From positions 5,642,001-5,706,000 of the forward strand of contig JBHGNT010000014.1 of the NCBI GenBank assembly GCA_043228905.1: DNA of 64,000 bases, in the 5' to 3' direction. The stretch is from Azolla caroliniana. Lineage: Eukaryota; Plantae; Polypodiophyta. The notes under the pieces are model-generated. The model was given only the letters and a program-made list of their open reading frames with translations. It was not told where the DNA came from and made no database searches. Positions within the stretch are counted from its first letter, which is position 1, and every line of letters begins with the position of its first letter. This document shows, piece by piece, positions 25,101 through 38,689 of the stretch. Made by a program: the position numbers and the translations under genes.

Positions 25101-28100
25101 ATGTCGGCTCAAGAAGTCGTTGTACGGCCTAAAGCAAGCCCCTCGAGCTTGGAATGCGAAGATCATGCACCGGTTGCGTAAGATGGGGTTTGCGGCCTCC
25201 AAGTCCAACTCTTCGTTGTTCATCCGGCAAGGCTCAGCCGGTCCGGTATGTATCATGCTGTATGTTGATGATTTAGTCATTACCGGACCGGGTCTTCTAG
25301 AAGTCAACCGCGTCAAGTCCTAGTTGTCGGACGGATTTGAGATGAAGAATCTGGGGGACCTTCATTATTTTCTTGGGATCGAGGTGATCAGAACCCCCGA
25401 CGGCATATTACTCTCACAACGACATTACATCTTCAATATGTTGTACAAGCTCAGCATGACAGAATGCTGACCTGTCTCCACACCCTTGGACCGGAACCAG
25501 AAGTTTCGTCCCAAATCCGGACCGGCCTGCAGCAAGCAACGGTTCCGACAAATTGTCAGAGGCCTTATTTACTTGACTATCACGCGACCCGATGTCAACT
25601 ATCCGGTCGGAATGATAAGTCAGTTCATGCAGAAGCCGACCGTGGAGCACCTTCAGTGCGCGCAACAGATACTGCGATATGTAAGCGACACGAAGGACCG
25701 GGGACTGTTATACCGGCGCGGGATACCCGAAGAGCTCGTCGGTTACACAGATGCCGACTGGGCTGATGATGCATCAGATCGTCGATCAAACTCCGGTTAC
25801 ATGTTCTCCCTAGGTAGCGCGGCTATTGCATGGAGCAGCAAAAAGTAGCCAACAGTTGCTCTATCGAGCACTGAGGCTGAGTATCGTGGTGCTACCATTG
25901 CCACCTGTGAAGCCATTTGGCTTCGGCGATTGTTGCAAGACCTACGGATCGAGGTACCAACCCCGATTCTGGTCTACTACGACAACATAAGAAGCATGCA
26001 ACTCGCCAAGAACCCTGTATTCCATGCTCGCACAAAACACATAGAAGTGCACTATCACTTCGTGCGTGAGAGTGTCCTGAGCGGTGAGGTTGAACTTCGG
26101 TATGTTCACACAGATCGACAAGTTGTTGACATCTTCACCAAACCACTAAGATCAGACAAGTTGGAGCACTTCACCGAAATGCTTGGTGTTCAACATCTCG
26201 ACGTGCCACACTTGAGGGGGAGAACGGGCAAAGACACTGGAATGGGCAAAGGCAAAGAGACTGCCGATTGCGCCGGTGAGGGAAGAACAGAAGGCGGCAG
26301 AGTCAAGAAAGACAGAGCCAACCGAAGGAAGAAGGCCAAGACCCGGACATGGTCGAATGTTGTGAAGGGCTTGGAACCAGAAGAAGAATTGGGAGCAACC
26401 GATTCGGATAAGAGCTGGAACGAATCGGAGACAGTCGATTCGGACCAACAGACGGATCCGGATGAACCGAATCAACTGGAGGCCAAGCAGACACGGACGC
26501 AGCGAAAGTCAATGCCATCGCAGAGGAACCGACGGATCGATAAGCACCGGAGTCATAGCAGCGAAGGAGCTGAGAGGGACCTATGAGCAGACATACTGAT
26601 CGAGGAGATCGAGGTGCGCAGAACAAGAGGGGTCGCGGTAAATAGAACCGGACCGGACGAGGAGCGCGAGCAAGGCACAACGATGCCAGGAGAAGTCGGT
26701 TGGAAGAACCGACTGCCACAGAGGTTGACACTAGGATCCAACCTCAAGTTGAGCTTGAGGGGGAGTGTTGAGCGGCAAGCTCAACTAGAGCCAGATCGGC
26801 TAGGTAAGCCTGAGCCGGCAAGCGAGACGAATCGGTAACCCGGTGAGCAACAGAGCCGGTGAGCTGGGGAGCCGGTTAGCTGGATCCAGACGGTAACCGG
26901 AGGCCTAGTATTAGTTTAGACTACTAGGCAGTTATTGTCTCGTAGTGAGTGTCAGATGCTCGTGTGAGCATTGAAGTACGCGGTACTTTTGTCAGTCCCA
27001 CGAGGACTTGTATAAATAGTGCTACTGAGCACAGTTGTAAGACACGGAGAGTGAATATATCGTTTTTGAACATAGTTTTTACGTTTTGCTCTCTATATGT
27101 CTCCCGTGTACTCTGTATATTCCCTACGTTCTCTATTTTCTAACGCTTCCGCAAGTAATCGTTTTCAGTGACTTATATATGCAGCTAATTAGCTGCCAGT
27201 AGCTAATTAGTTGTCTATAGCTAAATAGATGTCAATAGCTAAATAACTGTGCATAGCTAAATAGTTGTTTCACCTTTATGTCCACTAGTAGCTAATTAGC
27301 TAATAGCTACTATAGCTTATTTCTGAATAAGCATCACATAACTTTGTTGAGCTTGCTTCTCAACATTCTTCAATGAAGCACCTGAGGTGTGTAAATCGCA
27401 CCTGCATCCCCTAATTGACGATTTGCCCGACGGACACCAGGTTCTTTGTGATTGTCGGAACATGTAGTACGTTCATCAACTTCCCCTTCTATCCGACACG
27501 GCTTAAAGGGACTTCTTTGACATGCAGAATCAGGTGAGGAGTGTCGTCTCCGGTTTCGACAACTCCCGGTTGCTCCGGCTTTTCCAGAAACGAGAACCAC
27601 TCTTCGTGGCTCGTCATGTGGTTAAATGCTCCGGAGTCAATGTACCACACTTCCTCCGATCCGGAAGTGGTCTTCTTCATCGAGTTTTCCTTGTGCTTCA
27701 TCACAAAGGTTGGCCCTTTACCAGTCTTTCTGGTCCCGGATCCTTCCGATCCTTCAATGTAGTGCGAGCTTTGTCGGTTCCCTTGTTTAGTCTTGCTGGA
27801 TCCAAATTTATCCGAACCGTGCGCTTCTTCTAATACTCGCTCTTTGTGTGGCGCTTCCAGCCACAGTACCAGCATTTCGAGTCAGACTTGGATTGCCGGT
27901 TTCCGGCGTTGCCTCGACTCCCCTTGCTTGTGGAGGGTCTAGAACTGTTGTAAGGACTCTCTCTGTGCCTCCGGTTTTGCTCTTGCCGGTCGCCGCTATT
28001 GCGTGCCGACTCACCACGTCCTCCACGCCCACGGGGCTGATCCGCCTCCATGTACAACATCCGGCTATCCGATTGAGTGGTCCTTGACCCACTTGCGTGG

Positions 28101-29210
28101 TTTTCTTTGACCATGAGCATCGACTGCAGGTTGAAGAAGGAAGATGGCTTCTCCCGGGTGCAAATTGTCGTCTGGATTGGCCCATACCGATGTGTTAGAC
28201 TACCGAGATAGATCTAGACTATCTCTTCCTCGTCCACCATCACGTTGATGGAACCGAGTACGTCACAGATCTCTGTGATCTTGGTGGTGTAGTTAGTAAC
28301 CGGCATGTCCCAGTGGCAGATACTATTGAGCTCTTGCCGGTGTTGCAACTTCTGAGTCGTGGTACTTGCGGCGAAAATCTTCCGGAGATTTTCCCAAGCC
28401 TCCTTTGGTGATTTTGCATCTCTGATGTAGCCAAGAATTTGGTCGTGCACACAGGACGCGAGGCAGTAGAACACCCTGCTTGCTCCTTGCTCCCATACTG
28501 GGAAGTCCTTGTGTGTTGAATCCAGCACGCCTTCATTTGCTCCTTCCACATAGCTCCAATATCCATGCCCCAACAAGTACTAGTGCATTTTATACGACTG
28601 GGACACATAGTTGCTCCGGTTGAGTTTTTCTGTAGGAAGCGAGCTCACCTTGGTTCTGTTCATTTCTTTTCTCTTCGGTTTGTCCTTTTCCAGAAGTTAG
28701 GCTTTGTCTATTTTGAGCAGTTGTTGGGAGCAGAGGATCTCAACCCTCACGCTTTGATACCATGTGAAGAATAGCGTGCGGAAGCTTGCAAACAAACCGG
28801 CTCAGCCAGGTTACAACAATAAAACAGAGAAAGAAGGTTTAATGGAAGCTTAAGAACAGAGAATACACAGGAGAGCCAGAGAGAGTAAAAAGCATAAAGT
28901 CTATTCAAAATAATAACGCTCTGTAGATACAATGTGCTCAGTGAGCACTTTTATACAAGTCCTTAAAGAGGATTGACAGAAGTACTAATAAGTACTTCAA
29001 TGCTCATATGAGCGACTGACACAGACTCCCAAAAATATGCCTACGTACTAGGCTAGATTCGTAGGCCTCTAACGGCCTACCGATTACTATCCGATCTGGC
29101 TCATGGTTCTGGATACCATCCGGACACCGATCTAGTTCTCCGTTCCGAATACCGATATGGCGTTGGCTTATTCAGCCGATCCGGAACTGGTTGAGCTTGT
29201 CTAGTCAACA

Positions 29211-32200
29211 CCATTCTCAATCTCAAGTTGGTGAGATGATATCCTAAGTTATCCAATGGAAACCCTTAATGCATTTGGTAAGAATGTATCTAGATATTTT
29301 GGTCATGTAATAAAACCTAACTTAGAGAAGTGCATGAAGTGTTCCTTATAGCACAACGTTTTCGATGGGAGTAGCTCTCGTGGGGTGATCCATTTATATC
29401 GAGTGTAAATTTGCCATATTCCTTGGCATATTACTTTATTGCAGTCCTCATGAGAGATTTAAGTTTTATCAATCTCATGGTTTTACTTAAGGGGAGGTAG
29501 GTTATTAATGTTTAGGCCGTTTGCAAGTAGCCAACTCACTACAATGCTATACCAAGAGCTAGTATCTCTGCACTCATAGAGGGATCAAGATGCCTCAAAA
29601 GCTTGACGAGAAATCCTATCTTGTGGTTGGCTATGTATCCTATGAATAAAAACTACAAGTTGGAAAAGAGCTTCTACTAACATCGGGGGCAAAGTGAACT
29701 CTGCTCTAATAATGTCATGTGCTATTGTCGATTTACTTCGGAGTTGACTTGATAACAATATCACCAATGGTCTCTCTAATTGCGTCCACATGAAAGATGG
29801 TAGCCCTGGAGGCCAAACTACTGATGCATACATGAGGGAAGGGGTCACTAATGAGTGGGAGAGCCACCCCTTAGGTTTGTGGCTCTTGAAAGTATGCTTG
29901 GTGGCATCTTCTCTCTAAGAGTGAGAGGGATGCATATCCTCTCGTTAGTCTATCTTTGGTTGCATGGTCATCGAAATTTTACTCGAACAAGCACTAAAAG
30001 TGACTCCAAGATATACATATGATCCAACTACCTCAGCTGGTCTATGAGAGAGGGTTTGGTGACATTTAGTCCTAACTCGAGCATATGTGTGAAAGATAAG
30101 GACTTTAGTTTTCCCTAGATTCATTACCAATCCTTTTTATGTGCAAAAGGCATCTAAGGCATTAAGGTGCTTTTGTATGTCGTGTTCAGACTCTGAGAGC
30201 AAGACTATGTCGTTTGCATAGAGTCAGAGACTAACTTGCGTACCCCCAATAACTACTTAGTTGCCTCCCTTACGAGCAATAAAATTAGTGATATCATCAA
30301 TGTAGATCCCAAAAAGAGTCGGTGATAGGGGGAAGCTTTGTTTTACACCAATGGTGCTAGTGAAGCAATCAGATAGGCCACCTGGGCATCTTACGCACCT
30401 AGAGACTTGCTCATATAAAGCATAGATGGCCCAAATAATGTTAAATGGCATCTCCACTTTTAATCCTATCAAACAACCGCTCTCTTGGGACTATGTCAAA
30501 GGCTTTGCGGAAGTCCACTAAACAACAATATAGTTTCTACTTGCAAACCTTCGTCTGGTCAATTAAGCATCTAAGTGTGAAGATATGGTCAATAGTGGAG
30601 AAGAATCTTCTCAAGTAACAATCGACAATGGAACCGAACCACGAAACTGCGTCTTAACGGTTTAAACGGTTCGATTCAGTTTCAACAATTAGAAACTATG
30701 ATTTAAATGGTTCGATTCAGTTTCAACAATTAGAAACTATGATTTAAACGGTTAAACGGGTTTTTAATTAATTTTAAAAAAAATTAACAAAATTTTAAAA
30801 AATAATTCAAAAATTGTTTTTAAAAAATCTTTTCATTTTCATGCCTTATTCTCACATTTCAAGAAAATCTTTAAAATTTTGAGAATTTAAATAATGAAAT
30901 ATTTTAAATTTTAAAAATGTTAAAATTGGACCTAAGCTAAAAATCGAAACCGAACCACGAAATTGCAGTTTTACCGGTTTAATGGCTTTATGGTTTGAAT
31001 TTTTTTTAATGGTTCGGTTTAACGGTTTTGTGGTTCAGTTTAGTTCGGTTAAGATTTCAAAATTTTTGAATGGTTCTGTTTCAAACCAGTTCATTTTTTA
31101 CCCTCTGGAACCAAACTGAATTGTTGCCGATTATTAGTCTAAAGCCACCCTGCTCGGATGCTCAGAGACTTAAGGTTTCCATATAATCGCTAAACTCTGC
31201 TTCCATTACAACACCATATAATTTAGCGAGCATATGACCTATCATAATGGTCCTATATGTATTTGGGACCATGGGGTCCCCTCCTTTATGTATAGAGGCC
31301 ATTGTGTTCATGGTTCACTATGGTGGAAAACCCTCGGTGAGGGAACAATTGAAGATTAGAGTGAGAAAAGGATCTAGGCACTCTCAACCGTATATGATGT
31401 GTTCGGCTCACAACCCTGTGTGGTTCATGGACTTCCTATATTGTAATTTCTTTATGACCTTCGTGACCCTAGAGGTCGTGAAAAGTGTCCGCATGGTAGG
31501 TCAAGGTGTGGAAGGCATGGGAATGGTGGTTGGTTCGGGACATGGTAGATTCTCTCTATATATGTGTGCCAAGTGTTGGGATCCTCGATGGGTGTTTGTG
31601 GTCTTGGTTCTCGTAGTTTCTTCCATGCAAGGGCACAATCCCTACTAATGAGCATGTGGTAGAGTTCCCAATATTGAGATGCTTCCCATGGTCTTCTTTT
31701 ACAATGTGTCATCTTGTGCATCTTTTTGTGAGCCTGTACTGAGGAAATAGTACCCGTAAGTCGCGATACCTTAAGTTGTCTATACAAGTCTATACAATCC
31801 TCATCATACCATCTATTTTGTGGCATAGACCCTATTATACTTTGATTGGAGTGTTTCCTGTATGGGAAACTACTGATTGCTGTAGAGTGAAGGATGTGTG
31901 TGAGTTATGTAGTAAGGTTCTCTAAACGCAGGGAAGAACAAAGAGAGGAGCGATGGGCTTGAACATGTCATGAGTAGATGTCAGAGAGCTCATGTGTGAA
32001 ATGTATTGTGGTGTGATGGTTTGGTTGACTAGAGTTGGTGGCGTTGGAGATGTCGCATTTTAGCTCAAAGTATAGGAGGCTATGGCTTGCACCAATAGGG
32101 CATGGGGCCACCCGGAAGGGGTTAATCATGTGGATAGCTTCAGGGCGTCATATTAGGTAATCAACAATGCTTTCCCCTTCTCCATGTGAGAAACATGTAA

Positions 32201-32760
32201 GCTCTTCCGAGCCCGACCACTTGACTAAACCATTATATACATGATCATTTGGTGTCGACTTCCAAGTTTGAGTAGGTGATGGCCAAAGCTTGTGGCATCT
32301 GCACCTTGGTCTTTTGATCTACGTGTGATGCCTATGGCTAAAGGGTCGACATTCACCATTTCTAGGTTTTTATCAATCTGAAATTTGTGCATTGTTGGGA
32401 TTGGGTTCTCACATTGAAATCTCCTACAAGGAAAACTTCCCCTTGAGAAGAAGATTGGATTATGTCATCCGATAAAGGTTTGTATGGAGAAAGCCCATGT
32501 GGCGCTCCTTCATCAACTAAACTCGCTTCTCTAGCCATATTATAATAGAATCCTTTCGGGGGAAAGTAACAAATGGCGATAAATATTGCTTGATCCTCGC
32601 TAGTGAGGACTTTCACTTGGCTGATTATGCATGGCGATTGGTTGGCTGTTCCTCGACAAATGAACAAGAGAGTAGGATTCTTCCCCTTTTCAAATATTCC
32701 GTGGCATATGGGAGACGTTTTTTGATGCAACAGCATTGCATAAATTCTATTGTACAAAAG
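29211..32760 (-). mobile_element. Degenerate APE-RT LINE (RTEX-like)
   Basis: IAICYFPP...GDFNVRT endonuclease, GVKQSFPLSPTLFGIYID RT, and RISSHQLEIENG at the A2 junction. Confidence 0.85.
30616..31136. mobile_element. hAT-type MITE inside the LINE RT
   Basis: Imperfect TIR TAACAATCGACAA vs TAATAATCGGCAA, 8-bp TSD TTCTCAAG/GTCTAAAG, AACCG/CGGTT subterminal repeats and an AT-rich core. Confidence 0.7.
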
Positions 32761-32936
32761 TATTGGGAGTTAGGTGCTATATCACATCAATATATGGCGA
32801 CTTTCCAAGTCTATGCCATCATCTTTTGACCCATTTGGTGAACTAGATACGCTTTTTGAGGTCTCATCCTCATCATCACTTGTGACCAATGCATTGTCTT
32901 CATCCAATTGAAATCCAACCTCGCCATGGTTATGAG

Positions 32937-33030
32937 CATAGATTGGCATATTCACATTCGTTGGGGTTCCCATTCGAATGCAAATGAATACGAATATGAA
33001 TGGGTGGTCAAGTATTCGTTTAACTAAAAC
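32937..33030. mobile_element. Truncated copy of the MITE at 33398
   Basis: Starts with the same CATAGATTGGCATATTC terminus and has similar GAATAC repeats. Confidence 0.55.
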
Positions 33031-33397
33031 AAAATAAAAAAACTATCTTTTTTAATTTCCTAGGATAAAATAAAAGGAACTTGACAATAAATAGGGATAA
33101 TAAAAGACGGACTTGGGGATTTGAGACTACTGAATTTTTATAATAAATGTATAACTTATAAGTTATAAGTATTCATTTTATTGTTAATAAATAAATAAAA
33201 TAAAATAAAGGCTCATTAATTTCTCACTTTTTATTTTGACATACGGTTAGTAAAAAACCCAATTGAATAGCACCTTTATAAAAGAAAAAAACCAATCACA
33301 TGTTGGCATGCCATCAAACCACCTCATATCCCATACTCCCATAGTAATCCATATCAATAATTAGACACTACTATGCCAACAAATGACATCTCCTAGG

Positions 33398-33668
33398 CAT
33401 AGATTGGCATATTCGCATTTATAGGGCCTCCCCCACGAATGCATACAAATACAAATACGAATACAAATACAAATAGATGTAAAAGTATTCGTTTTATATT
33501 TTTGAACTTACAAGCAAGCAAGCAAACAACAAAGAAACCTCCCCCGACATCCTATGAGTAAATTTATTTTGCAAAATGAATGGTTTTATATTATTCTTGG
33601 GGCCATTTCTTATTCTCGAATATTACGAATATCACGCACGGTGAATATCACGTATGTGTCAATCTATG
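33398..33668. mobile_element. hAT-type MITE just downstream of the oxidase stop codon
   Basis: TIR CATAGATTG/CAATCTATG and 8-bp TSD CTCCTAGG/CTCCTAGC. Confidence 0.8.
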
Positions 33669-36475
33669 CTCCTAGCTATGAATAGGCCCCAACTTCCCCT
33701 TTGAAAAGTACCAGCACACAACGATCATGAGCTTCGGTTCCTTATACTGGGGCTTTAGATAGTTTACATCCAGAAATTTCATTGAAGTTAAGCATAGAAT
33801 ATGGGAACCCTGTTGCCACCACAACTTTTTCGACGGTGGCTGGAGAGTTCAGTTGGCACCACTCGCTTATCCCTTGCTCTTTTCTTGCAGATGCAATGGC
33901 TCTCTTCAGCGCAAATACAACACTGAAAAGAAAACAACTCAGCTCCTTACACATACAATAACAGCCCTGGCTTCACAGCAATTGGTAAATGATCCTTGAT
34001 ACAGTTTTACAGGCATGAAGTGCATACCGAAAGGGTGCATGAGAAGAAAGTTCAATTAGTATTACAAGCATGAAGTGCATAACTAGTATGCAGGAGGAGA
34101 AAATTCAAATTACCCGCAGGACATGCCGTATGGTGGTTCACCTGAAAACTGAATCAATAACAGCCAATTGATCAGTGAACACAATTGGCTCTTTCAATAA
34201 TGCAAAAATAGAGACACCCTAAAATCTAAACAGATGCAACATATATATATATATATATTACATGCACTAGATTAATTGCTTACAGCTTAATATAATGCCT
34301 GTCCATTACTGGTATATCTATATAAGAGCCACCCTATGCTCTGATTGGTATGAGTATATTTCAATGCATGAAGACTAACCAACCTTGGAGCGTAAAAACC
34401 CTTCCTCATTTGTACTATTCAGAACAAGAGATGCATTGAAGATAATTGGTATATCTTTTGCGGTTGGAGGTTTATACGTCCATGTTCCATCAGACAACAG
34501 CTGCATAAACAAATTAAGCACAAGACATATATACCATGATACTTGTCCAATGGACCATCGAGCCAGAAACTGCAGTAGACAAAGTGGAACATCCTCGCAT
34601 GAAGTCTAAATGTCACTGATATAATACATGATTACCTTTCCGGTCGCTGTGTCATAATTGTATTCTTCACAGAGATGATATCCCAGACCTTGAACATACG
34701 CTCCCTGTATCTGTATAAACTCAATGCAAAACCAAATGACAAGTACATTCTAACTAAATGCAAAAGAAAGCATGCCTATACAAACAAGACTGATGGCTGA
34801 TTACATACACAACAATCCCGCATAGAGACATGATATAATATTGTATACAATAACTGAGAGATGTACACAATATATTTCCATTGAGAAGGCCTTTAAGAGG
34901 TTAATTAGAAATGTGTGTGATTACTGGATGGAAAAGAATATACATAATCACATAGACACTTCCAAAGTAGCGCCGCATGGGTGTCATTTCTAAGATATAT
35001 ATGTTCCCTTGAAAGCTGTAAGCCAGTTTAATTGATAGAATGTATTTCCAGTGGATGGAGGATGTACATTGATACGAAGTGGGAAATCATCATTCTAGAC
35101 CATGTTTGGTGTTTGAGTATTGCACCTCACCTTAATAAGTGGAGTCTGAATATTTCTTAGGCATCAAATATGCATCTAATTTAATCATAAACTGTACAAA
35201 TAAGAGATTCTAGCATTTACTAAGATTAAATATAGACCTAATTTAACCATAGAGGCAAGGACTTGATTATAGCAACAATACCTGACCGATGTCAACAGCG
35301 GGATTGAGGCTCTTTCCACAATCTAACAGAAGATCAGCCCTAAGAATACGTGTCTCAACTGTAAGTAAAATCATGAGCATAAAAAAGAAATACAACTTGT
35401 AAATCCAAACCATTAGTGTAGATACTCTAAAGAATGATTAATAAAACTTGAACCTGTCAATAGGTCAACTTCAACTTCTGTTAAACCTGCTCCGAATGAC
35501 AAATACCTGCAGAAGCCTCATGTTTAAATTGTATGAAAGTGTCTATTGACAGCACTATCAAGGACTTTAGATATTACGTGAGAGTGAAAGGATTTAAATG
35601 CTCTCGCAACATGTGAAAATAATAATAATAGTTGGTATTGTTATTATTATAACAATAATAATAAGAATACCAACATATTTATCCCAATAGTTGCATATAT
35701 ATCCTAATAGTTCCATATATCACTCACTGGAAGGGTCCATTAGGACCAGAGTCTGGATATACACGACCTCGTGCCTGAAGATCAATGCCAGCATCTAAAG
35801 CAGAAGATATTAATTCTTGCCAATCTGGTTTTTCATCAGAGACTGTCAACACTTTACTCAATGTTTTCAAGCGTTCAACAATCTCCATACATGCTGCCTG
35901 TCATGAAAGTGATCAACATAACATGGAAGACAAAGATATACTCAGCCTAACTTGCAGAGGAATTATGAAAATACTAGCAAAAAGGATTTATAATAGCTGC
36001 TGGATTCCAATATATAACATATTAGTAAACGAGAATACTCGAGCAAAAGTAGATGTTACTCCACTGTTAAATACAACTGTTAAACAAAAATTTTATGCAA
36101 TTGTAAGAGCGTCATGGCAACAGGATCAAAGCTACACCACTGAACATCATCTAAATTGTCAGAAAACTGGGGGTAAATAAATGGACACAATGATGACTAT
36201 TCTTAGTTCCTGTTTTCATAATAGCTCCTGATATTGTTGTAAAACTCCATCAGCAAATAGTTGAATAAGAAATTGCACAAAGCAAGTTTTGCTAATCTTA
36301 GCAGCAGCATCTCTATAATTATCCAAACAATAACCACAAGGTCTAGAGTCCTCGTAGCTGAAATGTTTTCTTTCAATACTAGGATTATGTAACATGCATT
36401 AGCAATGCACGTATGGACGAGTAATATACACATTTTGTGGTAGTCACTTGGTGACACATGTTTAGGCTAAGATAC

Positions 36476-37044
36476 TGTAGAGAATCGACTCCGGCACAAC
36501 CGGTTAGCACGTATACTTATGCGGGTGCAAAGATCGAGAATGACAAAAACAGACAAGACAAAAGACACAAAATACAGAGACACCCGATTTAACATGGAAA
36601 ACCTGAAAAGGGAAAAACCACGGGGAGTCCACAAACTCCGAACAGAATCACTATGATGGGAGGAGTACAACAAGAAGCTTCAAGGCAACGACCTTGAAGC
36701 TCTTCTTCATCACAGACGGTTACAAAGATACACACACCCTTGCTTACTCTCTCACACTCTAGTTACAGTGGCAACAACCAACTACAACTTGTTCAACAAG
36801 AATAATGATGATTCTCACACTTTCTAACTACTCATATACTTAACAGACTATTTACAAATATAGCCTTAATGGGCACATCTAGGCTATTTACAAATATAGC
36901 CTAGCCGGATTCGACCGATTTGGCTATTAGCCGAAATCGATTATTATCCGATTTTTGGTTAGTCGATTTTTCGGCCTCGGCTGAGTCCAGGTAAACTAGT
37001 TCACCTCGTGCTCTTCCCAACCGGAGGGACCGGTTTTCCCAACA
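36476..37044. mobile_element. Solo LTR (Copia-like) in an intron
   Basis: TG...CA ends, TSD GATAC/TATAC, LTR-type motif TTTAACATGGAAAACC...GGAAAAACCACGGG, and no internal domain. Confidence 0.65.
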
Positions 37045-38689
37045 TATACATCTGGTTTCAATAAATTCAAGTCTTCTACTTAGTGTTGCTATACAGAAAC
37101 ATTCCTTGAGTGTATCTTTCACGTGGATAGCTTATCCCTTTGAGGCATTTAAACTTTCATAATATTTTTTATGATGTGGTTCATGGTTACAATGGAGGCG
37201 AAATGTTTCACTTCAGTTGTACGGAAAACACATATCCAGAGTTGCACAAATCATTCAACATGACATATAATTCATGGCATCTTATGTACGTACTTTCACA
37301 GCCTTTCCACAGAGATCTGAAGTCACAGAGCCTCCAGTCTCAGCTCCATTGTTTGCAACGATTGATGTTGTTGTGTGAACATAAATGCTGTCAAACTTTA
37401 TTCCCAATCCAGCAACCAAACCCAATGTCATTGCAGCTACCTAGAGAATCTCACAAAGAGGAAGTAAAAGTGAACTGGCAAATATAATACGAACAGAAAA
37501 AATATGCTATAAAGAATACCTGAGCGACCTTCACATCTAATCCCTGTCCAATTTCACATCCAGAATGATATATACCAATACTTCCATCAGTATGGATGTT
37601 GACTAAACAGAGCACTTGGAATCCCTCCCATTGTGCAGGGAATTTCACAGGAACCATCGATAAACCTCGCTTCACCCATTGGTTGTTCAGGTTGAATTCC
37701 TCTATCTTTTAAAGTCGTTTCTCATAGTCACTTGATGCCTGTCCCACCATGCACACAAAGTGGAAACAAACATAATGCAGCTGACCTCCACAAAATTAAG
37801 AAGAACATCACTTTATTCTTGCAATATAAATATGCATCTTTTTATTCTAGTACTATATAATTATTTAAGTGAAAAAAACATTGGCTTAAGAAACAAATGT
37901 TAAAATCAGCCACATCACCATTTATGGCAGAAGAGTAAAAAAAGTAGTAGGTTCAATTAGTTAGCAAAAATGAGTATCTAAATCATATTAATAGCTCATA
38001 AATTTAGAAATTCTAGCATATATTTTAAGAAATAACAGCAAATTCTTACTTGTAGTGACTTGAAAATTGACCTTGCATTGCAGGAAATAAAATGTTGGCT
38101 AGCTATAGTATAATCCCCATCGCTGTACATATTAACTTCACGGACCACTTCGGGATGCAAGCCAAGTAAGGTTGAAACATGTTCCATGGCAGTTTCAAGC
38201 AAGAAAGTTGCTTCCACAAAAACTGAAGACAGTACATTGTAAATTTGGAATTAAATATAAGGTATTGTATTTCTATATCACTCAAACCAATTATAAATAA
38301 TTAAACAATAGGGTACAAGAATAGTGTGATCACACTAGGGCTCCCCATTCATGTCAACCCCCAGGGTAACCGGCAGAATCCTGTGCTAATTTTTTCTATT
38401 AGTTTAGTATCCCAATCCAACTTGGAATTGAACAGGAATGAGTTTAGGGTCTCATATTATGGTCATACATGATCAAGAAAAAATGAGTTTATAGTTTAGG
38501 GTTCACTGTTAAGTTTGAATATGAATTTGAAACACTGAAATATATATGACCTGAATAGAAAACTTATTTTTTGGGAGAAAACATATTAAATGCATCTGAG
38601 GTTTTGGTTTCATGTCTGATGATGTACGCAGCTCAACGATTTTGTGAAGGTATGAATATCGTCACTAATATTGTGGAATCTTAAAGGCT

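Larger units (their letters stand above)
8741..27167 (+). mobile_element. Ty1/Copia C: 5' LTR 8741-9141, PBS 9142-9153, PPT to 26765, 3' LTR 26766-27167
   Basis: Paired LTRs (about 23 differences in 400 bp by eye) and perfect TSD GTGAC at 8736-8740 and 27168-27172. gag-pol remnants at 9234-11768, 19637-19775 and 24859-26586. Confidence 0.95.
3603..27365 (-). mobile_element. Ty1/Copia B: 3' LTR 3603-4045; 5' LTR split into 8490-8740 and 27168-27365 by element C
   Basis: Matching LTRs, TSD TTCCT/TTCTT, PBS 8479-8489 and PPT adjacent to 4046. Confidence 0.92.
2400..29210 (-). mobile_element. Ty1/Copia A2 (degenerate). Own sequence 2400-3602 (GAG-pre/integrase) and 27366-29210 (protease, gag, PBS 28751-28762, 5' LTR 28763-29210)
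   Basis: The reading HLRCFIEE|EEGRII continues across the insertion of B. WYIDSGA protease motif and iMet PBS. Inserted in the LINE at 29211. Confidence 0.88.

Noticed and set aside
35785-36180. Separate plus-strand gene (131 aa)
   Set aside because: Antisense to an oxidase exon and intron, with no recognisable motif.
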